Positions 1 to 13,050 of a DNA stretch of 64,000 bases are shown here, one piece after another; position 1 is the stretch's first letter, and the number at the start of each line of letters is the position of its first letter. The position numbers and the translations under genes are program-made. Location: positions 66,245,790 to 66,309,789 of the forward strand of contig NC_068988.1 in the NCBI RefSeq assembly GCF_001194135.2. The letters run 5' to 3'. A model generated the notes under the pieces. The model saw nothing but the letters and a program-made list of their open reading frames with translations, made no database searches and was not told the origin of the DNA. This stretch comes from Octopus bimaculoides (Eukaryota).

Positions 1-648
1 GGTATTTTATTTTATCCAACCCTGAACGATCAAATGCGAAATTTTTCTCGGCACGATTTGAACTCAAAAAATGAAGAACCGGAAAAATCTCTGCACGTCA
101 TTTTGTCTGACGCTCTAATGACTCGGCTTTAATTCTGTCTTAACTAAATCATGATCCAACGTGGAAAACTCTCAAAGGTCATTCGACCTGCTAGAAATAT
201 CAGTTAAATATCTATCAGATTCCCCACATCTTAGAAAGAGACACATAAGAATGTAGAAGGGAAAAAGATGGCATTGTCAAAGCTGTAATGTTTTCGATCA
301 AATATTTGATGAATCATAGATTTACTCGGTCAGAGTTGACCTGAGGCTAAATAACAACAACGGTAACGGAATGCTCGATGTTAGATTGAGTGAAACAAAA
401 TACGTAATGGTTAGGATTGGAAAGATTTTGATGATCCATAACGTTCTTCAATTCGGGCATATAGAAGCACAAGAATAAATACGAATAATATCAAGTAGAG
501 GTTAGTATTTTTGTACTTTTTAATTGGGAACTTATTGTATTTCACCATCTTTTTAAATGGGGTTTCTCAGGTTCTCAAGCCCAATTTAGTAGGAGGTCGT
601 ATATGCGACATTCACCTGAGTGTCGCATATACACAGTGTGCATTTCTG

Positions 649-766
<118 letters not shown>

Positions 767-1659
767 TATACATATTTTTTCATAATCATGTGAATTCCTA
801 TGTGTAGAACACAAATTCGTTAATAGTTTCTGAAAATTCCAAGAGCTAACAAAGGCATGAGGGCCTCTGTGGGGAGATTAAACTAGAATTCCGCCATATC
901 CGTTTGACCCTGACTAGTGGAGACGAGCGTAATGGTTGCTGCTTATTCTATTATACAAGAACAACATTTATTTACAAAAGTAATAAATAATATTCAAATA
1001 TAAACATAAAGACAAATATATAAATAAAGCTATCTGATTTAAAAACACATCAGGAATATTGCAACATGTATTGTCCATCTGTCCACACAGACCCATATTT
1101 TGGTATGGAACAATAAAATAGACAGGCGAATTAGCGAATCATTCATTTCGTTTGTTAAGATATTTTCAGATTACTAAGTATTTGGTAATTTATTTGGAAA
1201 TTCTCTTCTAATCAGCCGCAACGATAATTCACTTCTGAATACGCTTTTGACATCCACGTTATCTTTGCAATAGCATGAGGCAAATATCCACACTCAAGGA
1301 GCTACACAGACACACACGCACGCACACGCACACACACGTACGCGCACGCACACACACACACAGACGTACGCACAAACACACATATATATCATCTATCTAT
1401 CTATCTAATCTATCTATCTATCTGCTTGCATTTTGTCCGTTTCTCCGTCTGTTAGTCTGTATGTATGTTTGGATATATACATGTTTGTATGTATGTATGT
1501 ATCTTTGTATGTATGTATGTATGTATGTATGTATGTATGTATAAATGTGTGTATGTATATGGGAAAATAGCTGTCAGCGAAAGATGGACCAATTGCAATC
1601 TGAGAAAGAGTAATAGACTGTAGCAGTAGGCGCAGCAGCATTAGAAGCAAGAGTAGATA

Positions 1660-1668
1660 CAGCAGCTG

Positions 1669-1702
<34 letters not shown>

Positions 1703-1724
1703 TGCAGCAACGGCAGCAGCACCG

Positions 1725-1782
<58 letters not shown>

Positions 1783-2090
1783 CAGCGGCAGCAGTATTAC
1801 TAGAAGAAGAAGAAGAAGAAGAAGAAGTGAAAGGGAAAGAAAATAACAGAAAAAGAAAAAAGAAATGGAAGGAAAAGAACAAGGGGAGGAGGAGTAGGCG
1901 TAGGACGAGGTGGAGGAGAAGGGTGACGAGTGGAGAAGAAGAAGAAGAAGAAGAAGAAGAAGAAGAAGAAGAAGAAGAAGAAGAAGAAGAAGAAGAAGAA
2001 GAAGAAGGAGGAGAAGAAGGAGGAGAAGAAGAAGAAGAAGAAGAAGAAGAAGAAGAAGAAGAAGAAGAAGAAGAAGAAGAAATAGAAGAA
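1660..2090. repeat. Compound trinucleotide microsatellite (GCA)n-(GTA)n-(GAA)n with a purine-rich spacer
   Basis: Read directly from the sequence; it produces the poly-Leu, poly-Glu and poly-Arg ORFs in the track. Confidence 0.95.
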
Positions 2091-2493
2091 GTGTTGAGAT
2101 GTTGTCGGAAACACTACTTTTAGCTGCCGCTATAACAATCGTTGCCGTCGTGAAGAGAGACATTGAAATGTATAATGAAAGTTTGAGGGAAAACATCGAG
2201 TTGGAAGGTTTAATGCATGTTTTTTTTCTTCTTTCCCAGCCTGTTAGCTGAGTTTCTGTGTCATAGATGTGCATTATACTGCATTAAACTGCATTAGATT
2301 GCATGCTAAAAATGGGATTGCAGCAAACATAATGACTACGTTCCTTCACTGTTGCCATTAACCAACAATTACCGTGCTTGGAATTGAGACCCATTGAACC
2401 TTAGCCGTGTGCCAGATCACGAAGCTGGATTCAGCAGCATATGTGTATGTATATGTATATGTATGCATGTATGTATAAACACATATACGTAAG

Positions 2494-2534
<41 letters not shown>

Positions 2535-2874
2535 ATATGTGTGCGTGTGTGAGTATGTGTGTTCGCGTGCGTGTGTATGTATACATAAATATGTATANNN
2601 NNNNNNNNNNNNNNNNNNNNNNNNNNNNNNNNNNNNNNNNNNNNNNNNNNNNNNNNNNNNNNNNNNNNNNNNNNNNNNNNNNNNNNNNNNNNNNNNNNNN
2701 NNNNNNNNNNNNNNNNNNNNNNNNNNNNNNNNNNNNNNNNNNNNNNNNNNNNNNNNNNNNNNNNNNNNNNNNNNNNNNNNNATGTATATATATATACGTA
2801 TTGCATTACATCTCACCACGTGGGGATCATCGAAATTCTCCGCCTCACTTTTCCCGTGTATGTATGTATGTATG

Positions 2875-2932
<58 letters not shown>

Positions 2933-3191
2933 CATATATAGAAAGAGAGAGAGAGAGATACATAGATATATAGATAGATAAATAGATACATAGATAGATA
3001 GATATATATATAAAGATAGATAGATAAATATGTGTGTCTATGTAAACATATAAATTATATATATATATATATATATTTAAAAACACATGTGTATGTATGT
3101 GTATATATATGGGAGAATATACGAAGAAACAACAACAGACGAGGACAGGTGGTGTAAATAACAAAAGGATGTATTAGTATGACGCTCGGGA

Positions 3192-3242
<51 letters not shown>

Positions 3243-3859
3243 ATCATATAGATACATACATTGAATTGCATATTAACACATACACATTCACACACATACA
3301 TACATGCAGAATGACCAACTAGACGCTCTTTCATTTCGCACTTAACCGCTGAGAGTTAAAACAAATACGATACTGAAATCCAATATAATTGCAAAATAGT
3401 TATAGAAAGTGTAGAAAATCGTGACTCAAATTCTTGTCGCTTTTACGTAAAATTGATTCTCATCTGAAACATACTTGAGACTGAATCACATTACAAGAGA
3501 GTTAGCTTCGACTATTTAACTAAGTGTTTGATCACTTTCCTCTTGTTGAGAAATGTGTTGAAGTATGATCTTATGTTGTATTTGTGATCATTGCGTAGCC
3601 TGTGGCCAGCTTCGATCAAATATTATTTATGATATTATTTTTCGTTTTATAGACATAGTTCATGTTCGTCTACATTATCTCACATGTTCTTTAATGTTTA
3701 AGCCGTTAGCACGTGATATGAGAAAAGTCTGGCTGCAATCTTTAGCTGAGCCAGTGACCATGTACATACTTACTTATTGGTTCAAGGACTATATAGTGTA
3801 AAAGGATTTACCGAGACATTTATATATAAAGATAAGAGTTGAAACTATACATTTTTCAT

Positions 3860-4480
3860 ATACAGCAGGTTATACATTCATGCACAGAAACTCACGAAAT
3901 TTCTCCCTATGTAAGATGATCATGCCGCAAAACCGTAATACAATGCCATTCGCAAATAAAACTAACTTTGAATAGATATACAGAATCCCTCTGTTATTTA
4001 ATACATTGACCAACATCAACACAAGGAATACTGGTGGAACATTCCCATCAAAACATCTGTCAAGTGTAAACATAACAAGCCAGATATTACTGTTTAGGAG
4101 AGACACGAAATGCATTACATCATAGAGGTAATCTGTCTTGCTGATGTAAATATCTCTTTAAAAAAGAAAGGATATTCTCAGCTCCTGTTGAGCATTATCC
4201 AAGTGGTAGTAGTTTCAACCACTATTCAGAAATTTTGTAATAAAATTGACTGAAGTTATTTCATTGGATTCATCTATTGGGAATATTACAAAATCACCTG
4301 GGAATGTCATATTGTCATATACGATTATCTTACATTCAGGAAGAGAGAAACTGAACTCTCTTCATTTCTCGCTATGTGAAACTTGAGAAGCTATATGCAT
4401 CTGTTAGCTTATATCTGACTACTATTTCAAAGATTTCCAGAATAGCAGTAGCAATTAAAAAGTTATGAATCCTAGTTAAT
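3860..4480 (+). mobile_element. Non-LTR retrotransposon remnant with a restriction-like endonuclease (RLE) domain
   Basis: Translation with stops: LPM*DDHAAKP*YNAIRK...HKEYWWNIPIKTSVKCKHNKPDITV*ERHEMHYIIEVICLADVNI, resembling the RHD...NKPDI...IIEV.CP.D.N pattern of RLE domains. Confidence 0.65.
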
Positions 4481-4519
4481 AAAGCCAAAATAATCACAAA
4501 TAATCAAATATTTGTGTAT

Positions 4520-4691
4520 GAGGTGCAGGCGTAAAGTGTTAAAAAGCTTGCTTTCCAACTACATATTTCCGGGTTCAGTCCCACTGCATAGCAACTTGGG
4601 CAAGGGGCTTTTGCCATAGTTTCTGGCCGACCAAAGCCATGTGGATTTTGTAGAAAAAAGCTGAAGAGAGCCCGTCGTATGTGTGTGTATA

Positions 4692-4732
<41 letters not shown>
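4520..4732 (+). mobile_element. SINE family B (CORE-like central motif), 5' part running into a gap
   Basis: B-box-like ccgggttcagtcccactgc, then cttgggcaag, ggccgaccaaagcc and gcccgtcgtat, leading into the internal (TG)n. Confidence 0.8.
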
Positions 4733-5303
4733 NNNNNNNNNNNNNNNNNNNNNNNNNNNNNNNNNNNNNNNNNNNNNNNNNNNNNNNNNNNNNNNNNNNN
4801 NNNNNNNNNNNNNNNNNNNNNNNNNNNNNNNNNNNNNNNNNNNNNNNNNNNNNNNNNNNNNNNNNNNNNNNNNNNNNNNNNNNNNNNNNNNNNNNNNNNN
4901 NNNNNNNNNNNNNNNNNNNNNNNNNNNNNNNNNNNNNNNNNNNNNNNNNNNNNNNNNNNNNNNNNNNNNNNNNNNNNNNNNNNNNNNNNNNNNNNNNNNN
5001 NNNNNNNNNNNNNNNNNNNNNNNNNNNNNNNNNNNNNNNNNNNNNNNNNNNNNNNNNNNNNNNNNNNNNNNNNNNNNNNNNNNNNNNNNNNNNNNNNNNN
5101 NNNNNNNNNNNNNNNNNNNNNNNNNNNNNNNNNNNNNNNNNNNNNNNNNNNNNNNGAGAGAGAGAGAGAGAGAGAGAGTGGATATGATGCCAAATTTCTG
5201 TGAACCGTATGATTCATTCTGCCTGGTGTATTCCTCCTGCACTATATATTTCATCTACAAATTTTTAGATTTCTTTGTCTTTAATAATTAATGGTCTTTC
5301 TAA

Positions 5304-5510
5304 GGCGGTGAGCTGGCAGAGTCGTGAGAACCCCGGGGAAAATGCTTGGCGGCATTTCGTCCGTCTTTACGTTCTGAGTTCAAATTCCGCCGAGGTTGAT
5401 TGTGCCTTTCATCCCTCCGGGGGTAAATAAAATAAATTACAGTTGAGTACTGGGGTCCATATAATCGACTTACCCGCTCCCCCGAAATTATTGGCCTTGT
5501 GCCAAAATTT
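5304..5510 (+). mobile_element. tRNA-derived SINE, family A
   Basis: Head ggcggtgagctggcagag, B-box gagttcaaattcc, central gcctttcatcc...ggggtc, tail ggccttgtgccaaaatttg. Many homologous copies in the window. Confidence 0.85.
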
Positions 5511-5523
5511 GTTGTCTTTTTAA

Positions 5524-5740
5524 GCCGGCGAGCAGGCAGAGTCTTTAGCGCCGCGGGTAAAAAGATTAACGGCATTTCATCTGTCTTAACGTTCTGAGTT
5601 CAAATCCTGCCGAGGTTGAATTTGCTTTTCATCGATTCTGGGATCGATAAAATAAGTACTAGTTGATCACTAGGAGCGATGTAATCGGCTCATTTACTCG
5701 CCGAACTTGCTGGCCTTGTGTCAAAATTAGAAACCAATAA
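5524..5740 (+). mobile_element. SINE family A, head-to-tail with the preceding copy
   Basis: Same head, B-box, central and tail motifs; ends aaaattagaaaccaataatt. Confidence 0.85.
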
Positions 5741-6820
5741 TTAGTTGTCCCTCTAATTCATATTTAAATATACAGATTTTCCTGCTTCCATGTAATTTTT
5801 TTAATGAGTTTAATGAACTTATTTTCATATAATATTTTAATGCGTTGTTTCTACTTCTATTCTTTCTAATTATCTTCTATTTTTAATTATGGGCTATTTT
5901 ATGGAGAACTCTACAATAGCTAGGTTGTTAATGAAGATACAAGATTTAAAACACTTGCATATGAATTATATAAACAAATACACCCAAACATGCATATGAG
6001 AACCATAAAATATATGTACTGCTATGCACATATATATAAGCATGCATATACACTTTCGTACGTATAGACACACACATACACACTCATGTTCACACACAAA
6101 ATGTGTGTGTATAATGTGCAAAATGTATACAAAGATATATTCATATATGCACTCACATAACATATATATGCATCCACACTTTCTCAGAATATATGAGCAC
6201 ATTTCTACGTGTGTGCGTGAATGAATGTGTATGTATGTGTGAATGAGCCTCTACGACTTATGTATGCCCAAATGTGACAAACAGTAATTTATCTATGCTT
6301 ATGCATAGTAACACATAAGTACCCAACAAATAAATGATTTGTTAGAATATTCAGAGTTTCGACATAACTCTATATGATAAAAATATTAATTATAGTTAAT
6401 GAAGCCAGAGAAATCACTTTAATCAAGTATTTGTTTAAATTCCCATTAGTAGCAGGACAAGGTCCAGTTTTTGTGAACCGTATAAGATGTGTATAAGCCT
6501 GCTGCAGTATATATTTGGTACAACACGAAGTATTCCTGCTATCTCGTGTATATTCCTATTGCTACATGCATTTCCTGCTGCACCATATATTTCATAATGA
6601 AACATATTTCTCAATCTAATATATAATCGGTACCACACGATATATTTCATGTTTTACGCTATATTCCTTCTGTCCCGTATATATTGTATAGGTTACATAC
6701 ATTTCATATCGCGTCACATATTTCATAGTGCCTTTTTAATTTCATGCTATCCCATATATTTCACATTTAGCCATATATTCAATGCATTAATTTCTTAAGT
6801 TATAATATATACAGATAAAA

Positions 6821-7030
6821 GGTGGCGACTTGGCAGAATCGTTAGAACGCCGGGCAAAATACTTAGCGGTATTTCGTCCGTAATTATATTCTGAGTTCAA
6901 ATTCCACCGAGGTCGACTTTACCTTTCATCCTTTCGGGGTCTATAAAATAAGTACCAATTGATCACACGATGTAATCGACTTGTCTCCTCTCCCGAAATT
7001 GCTGGCCTTGTGCCAAAGTTTGAAGCCAAT
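6821..7030 (+). mobile_element. SINE family A
   Basis: ggtggcgacttggcagaatcgttagaacgccgggc...gagttcaaattccaccgaggtcgactttacctttcatcctttcggggtc...ggccttgtgccaaagtttgaagccaat. Confidence 0.9.
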
Positions 7031-8557
7031 ATATATAGATACTGTCTGGGGCTACGTTGCCCATAACCTTTGAAGTGCATGCAACTGGCTAAAAAACCTG
7101 TTGCGCTGTTGAGTGATTGGCGATACCAACAAGCCTACAAGTTAAGTCGGGTGATTTTTGGAAACCTGCGGGATGAAAAACAAGTGCTCTCAGTGGGATA
7201 ATAAATTCAGGGAAATCAACGGTGATCCAATAAAACAACCAGGAAAGTGGGACCCCTAGTTGTATCAAGTAGAGGTTCACCGAACTATGATTCGAAATAA
7301 GAATATAGGGAACAAAAATTAAGCCAAGTATAAAGCTCAACATTCTACGACGTATACAAAACAACATCTCACTTCTGTCAATTCAACCAGAAACTAATAG
7401 CACTACCACTGACTTGTTAATACCTGCCATTTACAAATAATTGCGATAGAAATTCAATGACGTACATTTAGCAAATTACTTGACTTAAAACTTTTGAAAA
7501 TTCTGTAAACATCTGCAAATTATAATTCGATTTGTTTTTAGAACTGTCGTTAATTAGGAAATATAAACAATGTGAATGAATAAAGACTTGGTGTTATATT
7601 AATTAAAGAAAGCATTATTAAATAATGAATGCGTTATTTAATAAAGAAAGCATATTAATTATCTCATCCAGAAACTAATAATAAAGGCAGATATACTTTT
7701 TGCCGATTCGTTCTTTCCATATTTATTCTAAATGCACGTAAAGTGTAATGTGTTATTCTGGCCATTACGCGCATACATACATGCATGCATCCACATATAT
7801 ATATATGTATATATATTGGCGCTGTTGATGATACTCGTTCTGGTTGGTTTCTTTGTGGCAAGTTTTAAACTTAATGTATTAGACTAATGACTTGACTGTT
7901 AGCAAAACACAGAAATCATTTAAACTCTTTCCTCTTAAAAAAGTTTAATCTATGAACTACTTCAGAAATCTCAGGACGCAAAGACGTCAAATGGATTCTC
8001 ATTGTGTTTCGCTAATCACTGTTCTTGCTGTTCGATCCGTGAATGAGTCCTCTTTTAAATTGTTAGTTGTTTGAAAAGCTTACAGACCTTTCAATAAATA
8101 CTGACAAATAATCGGTGAAACACAAAATGCCATGAGGAATCCGACGAACTTGTATCCTGTTTCCGTCGAGCCAATTTTCAGACACTAGGATTTGTTGACT
8201 CTTAGCTACGATAGACTACTCTATCATCCGAAACTAACTCATCGTGGAGTTAAACTTGGTACCATAGGATAGTGAAACGAACCTGTTAGTCATTCTGCCA
8301 ACATGCCTACGGATGTAATTAGTAGCAAATTTAGAGGGACGAATTATAAACTTTTCTGTTTTTAATTTCGTTTTTCTAAGTCATATCAAGGTCGGATTTA
8401 CTTTCCATTCTTGTGGTATCGATAGATTACCAATAGTTGAATAGAATAAATGCAGTACCCGATAACTATTCCCATGAAACCTCAGCCTTGTACCAAGACT
8501 AAAGAAGCGCATAGATTCGAACCACTGTTAATTGTATTCATACAGCAGATACACCTT

Positions 8558-8710
8558 AGCATATTTCATTTAGTAAAGATAGTGGACTGGAAACAGTAGA
8601 CCGGACAAAATATCTCTGTGTGTAGCATATTTCAGTTAGGAAAGATAGTAGACTGGAAATACTAGACCGGATAAGATATCTATGTCTGTAACTAGCTTCA
8701 GGTAAGAAGA
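8558..8710. repeat. 66-bp tandem duplication, about 2.3 units
   Basis: aaagatagtggactggaaacagtagaccggac at 8575 recurs as aaagatagtagactggaaatactagaccggat at 8641. Confidence 0.8.
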
Positions 8711-9294
8711 GATATTAACAATGAATCAGCAGGATATTATCGAAAAGACGTTAAGCTCAAATATAATTAATCAAACTCACTTCACTAATTTTCTTCAAGC
8801 GTTGTTGAATGTAATATATTCGGCTAAATTTATCTGGAAATATTTCACTTTCATTAGATTCTTATTTGAATTTTTACTATGCAGGAACGAGAAATTTCGC
8901 TAGACCAATGTAGCAAATACATGCGTTGACTTCTCTTTCGCCATCACCCCTTCCTCCAATACTCCTTCTGCAGTAGTACATCTTACCTTCTCTTTTCACT
9001 TATCATTTTCTTTATTTCTCTTTGTTTTTATCATTGTCCTTCATCCTTGTCTGGCTACGCTGTATGCTGTATGATGCTTCGCTGTCTTATAGAATATTTC
9101 ATACGAAAGAATTTTAAGGAAACTGGACCCAGGACGGTACACCCATGAACCTCTCGGGAATACTATGAGAAGGAAGACGGGTGTATGCATGTGTGCGCGC
9201 AAGTAAGAGTGTGTGTGCGTTTGTATGTATGTATGCATGTATGTATGTATGTATGTATGTATGTATGTATGTAGGTATGTATGTATGCATCCTG

Positions 9295-9502
9295 CCCTAC
9301 TCTTCGAAACGCCTGTGTTAGAATGGGGGCAGCTGATGAAGGAGATGTTCTCTATGTGGCCTGTGTGTTTTCTGTACTCGTTTATCATTTTGTCTACGCT
9401 TTGTTTACAATATCCTGTACCCAGATATGTATCTATATATACTGGTAGATGTAGGTATGTACATACATGTACGTATATATGCATATACTCATTTATTATT
9501 TG

Positions 9503-9510
<8 letters not shown>
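9295..9510. repeat. Unclassified dispersed repeat (second copy at about 39750-39890)
   Basis: ttttgtctacgctttgtttacaatatcctgtacccagatatgtatctatatatactggtagatgtaggtatg recurs with substitutions at about 39760-39880, same orientation. Confidence 0.75.
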
Positions 9511-9543
<33 letters not shown>

Positions 9544-9623
9544 TTGACAGATATAGATTGATAGATAGATAGATAGATAGATAGACACATATACATACAC
9601 ACATATGTGCGTGTGTATACATT

Positions 9624-9680
<57 letters not shown>

Positions 9681-9739
9681 GTATATGTATACACACATAC
9701 ACGCGCGCGCACGTTTGCTCTCAGGCACTCACACACACA

Positions 9740-10290
9740 TTCCCGGGACTACCTCTTGTAAACGAGAACGGCAAAGTCTTTCCAAGCTCCTAGAAAGGCC
9801 TTGTAAAGAGCCTAAATTTACCTGCATCCGATGCTATGCCTCCCATCCATTTCCGTTACACTTTTCCTGCACTAACGCAGCAAAGAATTTCCGTCTTCCT
9901 CTGTCTTTGTTTCGAAAACCGCCGCCCGCTCGATAATGACACCATGAGGAGGTACAACCTGTGATTAAAGAACCAAATAAGGTTTCAAGGTCATCCTCAC
10001 AAATTCTGTTGGCATCTTCTGCTCCCCTTCTTTATCCACTAGCGTCTCTTAAGTATCAGCAACAGCTCACATGCTATTCACACTTACGGAGATAATATAT
10101 CATCTTGCTGTGTAATTGGTTTTGATATTCTTTCGCAAATGAGACATTAATTCACTTTCGTCTCAATCTTCACATCATCATGTTTGACGCAGACAGTTTC
10201 ATCCTTTGCAAACCTATGTTTTTCTACCATCTTACCATCCATGATGTTCGCACTCAAGTTCGTCGCCATGTTGAACCTCATTTAAGTCCT
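9740..10290 (-). mobile_element. Non-LTR retrotransposon remnant with an RLE domain (Hero/NeSL-like)
   Basis: Minus-strand fragments MPTEFVRMTLKPYLVL*S and RRKFFAALVQEKCNGNGWEA*HRMQVNLGSLQGLSRSLERLC resemble the TLRPDIVLWS and ERKRAKY..L...C...GW....VEVG.RGF pattern. Confidence 0.55.
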
Positions 10291-10535
10291 TTAAATCAAT
10301 TCCTGTAATATTTGTAGACATATTTCGACTTGTATATTTTTGTACATCAACACTTAGACGCTAACATGGTAAGGGGTAAGGGAAAATGTTCACAAGAGCG
10401 ATTCAGGGTATCTAAGTGATGGAGTGTCGGACCAGCGAGACAACTCTAGTCAACAAATGCTGTTATAATAGCGATATGAAAGACAATGAGATGCAGAAAG
10501 TCCGAAGCGACTGAATAATTGAATCTTTTTGTTTT

Positions 10536-10575
<40 letters not shown>

Positions 10576-10642
10576 TGTGTGTAAGTGTGTATATACATAT
10601 ACATGTATGTGTATGTATCTATGTATGTATACACACACACAC

Positions 10643-10683
<41 letters not shown>

Positions 10684-11189
10684 ATCTGATCAACAAGACC
10701 ACGGATGATAATTGATGAACTTTATGATAATCATGAGTTTCTCACATTGATTTATCGATAAAGATTTTGTTATAAAATGTTTCCTTTAGTCTGATAGATA
10801 TTCCCTTATATTGCACTTGGGTTTGCAGTTTAGATATTAAGCCAGTATTTACAGGGTACCCTAGAGATTCAAACGTTGGCACAGACTGGTACGAGTTGAT
10901 GTGTTGTTATTCCTAAATTGTAAATGCTTGTCAGTTACAATTTCAACCAAATACAAGGGGGACACTAAACATTTATAGTGCACTGCCATGTAAAAATATA
11001 TGTATGTATGTGTCTGTGTGTGCGTATACTTGTCTGTGTGTATTATATTTATGCATTTATGTGTGTGTTTGTATGTTTCCACGTATCAGTTACATTATAT
11101 TAATAAATATGCCGCGCATTATAATCTCATTGGAACTCTTTTATATATACTGACAAAGGAGGCATTCTGGATATATTTTACAGTGTATA

Positions 11190-12848
11190 TCTATATATAT
11201 ATATAATATACGTTGTCTGTGTGTGTGTCCTCTATGCACGGTCAAACCTCTGGATCAATCTGTAGTTTACTTGGAGTATATGAATGATTTGACCTTGAAA
11301 ATAATAAGACGGTCTTAATACATTTTTTATTAAAAATAAATAATATTGCTTTATATATATAATAAAGATTCACATCTTCAAATTGTTTTGTCAATGTCAA
11401 CTTCCGGTGTTTGGCATTCTGATGTAACTAAGTAACCAGCTATTTACACGCACACACGTGTGTATACATCATTACAATTGTGACGATTTCTGATGAAAAA
11501 CAATTTCTAAGGGTACTTTCATTTTTTATATTCTTCTCCAGATTTCTATTTGTGTATTTGTACGTACAGGTTCATTTCAGTAAAAGTTTTCCAACGTCAA
11601 CAGGTTTGCGTCATATATAACTATTATCGCTGCTAACCACTATCACTTCTACTTTACTACTATCACATGACAACAAAAATTTTGTCGCTAATACTATTAC
11701 AAATACTACTAATGCCACCACCGCCACTACTATTACTACTGCTACTACTGTCAGTATCATCATTATTTATCGAGCTGACAGAGTTGTTAGCATTCCATGC
11801 GAAATACTCTGTGAGAGAGCCATCTGTCGACAAAATCAACTGAGATCTCTTGCAGCCTTTTCCAAGACAAGAACAGTCTTCCAGCTCCTTCGACACTGTC
11901 ATTGATCAGGACCAAGTTGTAGTTTTTCCAATCGAGTTCCTGAACTCCCTACCTTCAGGGATGCCACCTCACCACTTAAAACTCAATCATGCTGTTCAAG
12001 AATCAAGATCCACCTCGTCTGTGCAATGGCACCAGACTGGTGAGAAAGCGATGCGACCCCATGTCCTAGAGGCAACAACTATGACTGGAAACAATAAGGG
12101 TGAGGATGTCTTCATTCCATGGATCCCGTTAATCCCATATGACCTCCGCTTTGAATTTAAACGGTTCCAGTTCCCAGTGAAACTAAATTTCACTATGTCA
12201 ATAAACAAATCCGAAGAACAGTCACACAAGGTTGTTGGACTTCATCTTACTTCGCTCATGGGCAGTTATATGTTGGATATTCACGAGTTGGAAGTCCCCA
12301 AAATCTGTTTATGTATACACCAATTAAAGGAGACACGCAAAACATTATATAATTAGAAGCCATAGATAATTAAACCGTGATTGATTTCCGGATTTGTTCC
12401 AATACATTTCTTTATACTCACGTTATTTGTTTATACTCAGACCCTGAAGGGCAGTTCTTCTCAAATTTATGCATTTTCACCTTCAAAGTCTTTCAAATAA
12501 GTACTGACAATTGAAGGTAATTGCAAAGACAAAGAGCTACCTGCTTTTTTAAACGATTTTAACTGTGAGAACATCGGACAAAACATGTTGTTGAGATATA
12601 CAGTTGGTACCTCAGCTTATAGCTGTTGAGAACTGCATAATCTATATTTCATTTTACATAGAGATTTAAAAGTCATATTTAAATTTCATTATATTCAATA
12701 CCTGAGAGACGCCGGGTTATTAACGTATTAAGTTGGTATCTCAACTACTAGGAGGTGAGACCTGTGTAGTCTATAGTTCACCTTAGTTAGATCTAAAAGG
12801 CATTTTAAAATTTCATTACTTAACCCGGGCAACGCCGGGTATTTCTAC
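11190..12848 (+). mobile_element. Internally deleted Helitron with a PIF1-like helicase remnant
   Basis: 5' end A|TCTATATATA at 11190. ORF 11850-12356 gives DTVIDQDQVVVFPIEFLNSLPSGMPPHHLKL...GEDVFIPWIPLIPYDLRFEFKRFQFPVKLNFTMSINKS, and a shifted frame gives SHGQLYVGYSRVGSP (Helitron helicase C-terminal motifs). Subterminal hairpin acccgg-gcaacg-ccgggt at 12823-12840, then CTAC|T (CTRR-like end). Confidence 0.85.
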
Positions 12849-13050
12849 TGATATATATATATAAATATATATATAATACAAAATGGGACAAGAACGCAAA
12901 ACATCCAGACAATTAGGTGATACAAGAAAGGGACAATACAACATCCAGATAGACAATACAAAGAAAACAAGGACAGGTCATTTGGAGTTTTCTTTCATCA
13001 GTCGAGATCCAGATTATCTTTGCAATTTCGGCTGGTTATTGTCAATGTAA

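Noticed and set aside
1414-2274. 286-aa poly-Leu ORF resembling a membrane protein
   Set aside because: It is the reverse strand of the (GCA)/(GTA)/(GAA) microsatellite.
11850-12356. 168-aa ORF as a host PIF1 helicase gene
   Set aside because: It is truncated and frameshifted, lacks splice context, and sits between Helitron termini.
12888-13045. CTGATGA and GAAA motifs on the minus strand of the repeat after the Helitron
   Set aside because: The motifs are in the wrong order for type I, I could not draw stems II and I, and there is no NUH triplet in register.
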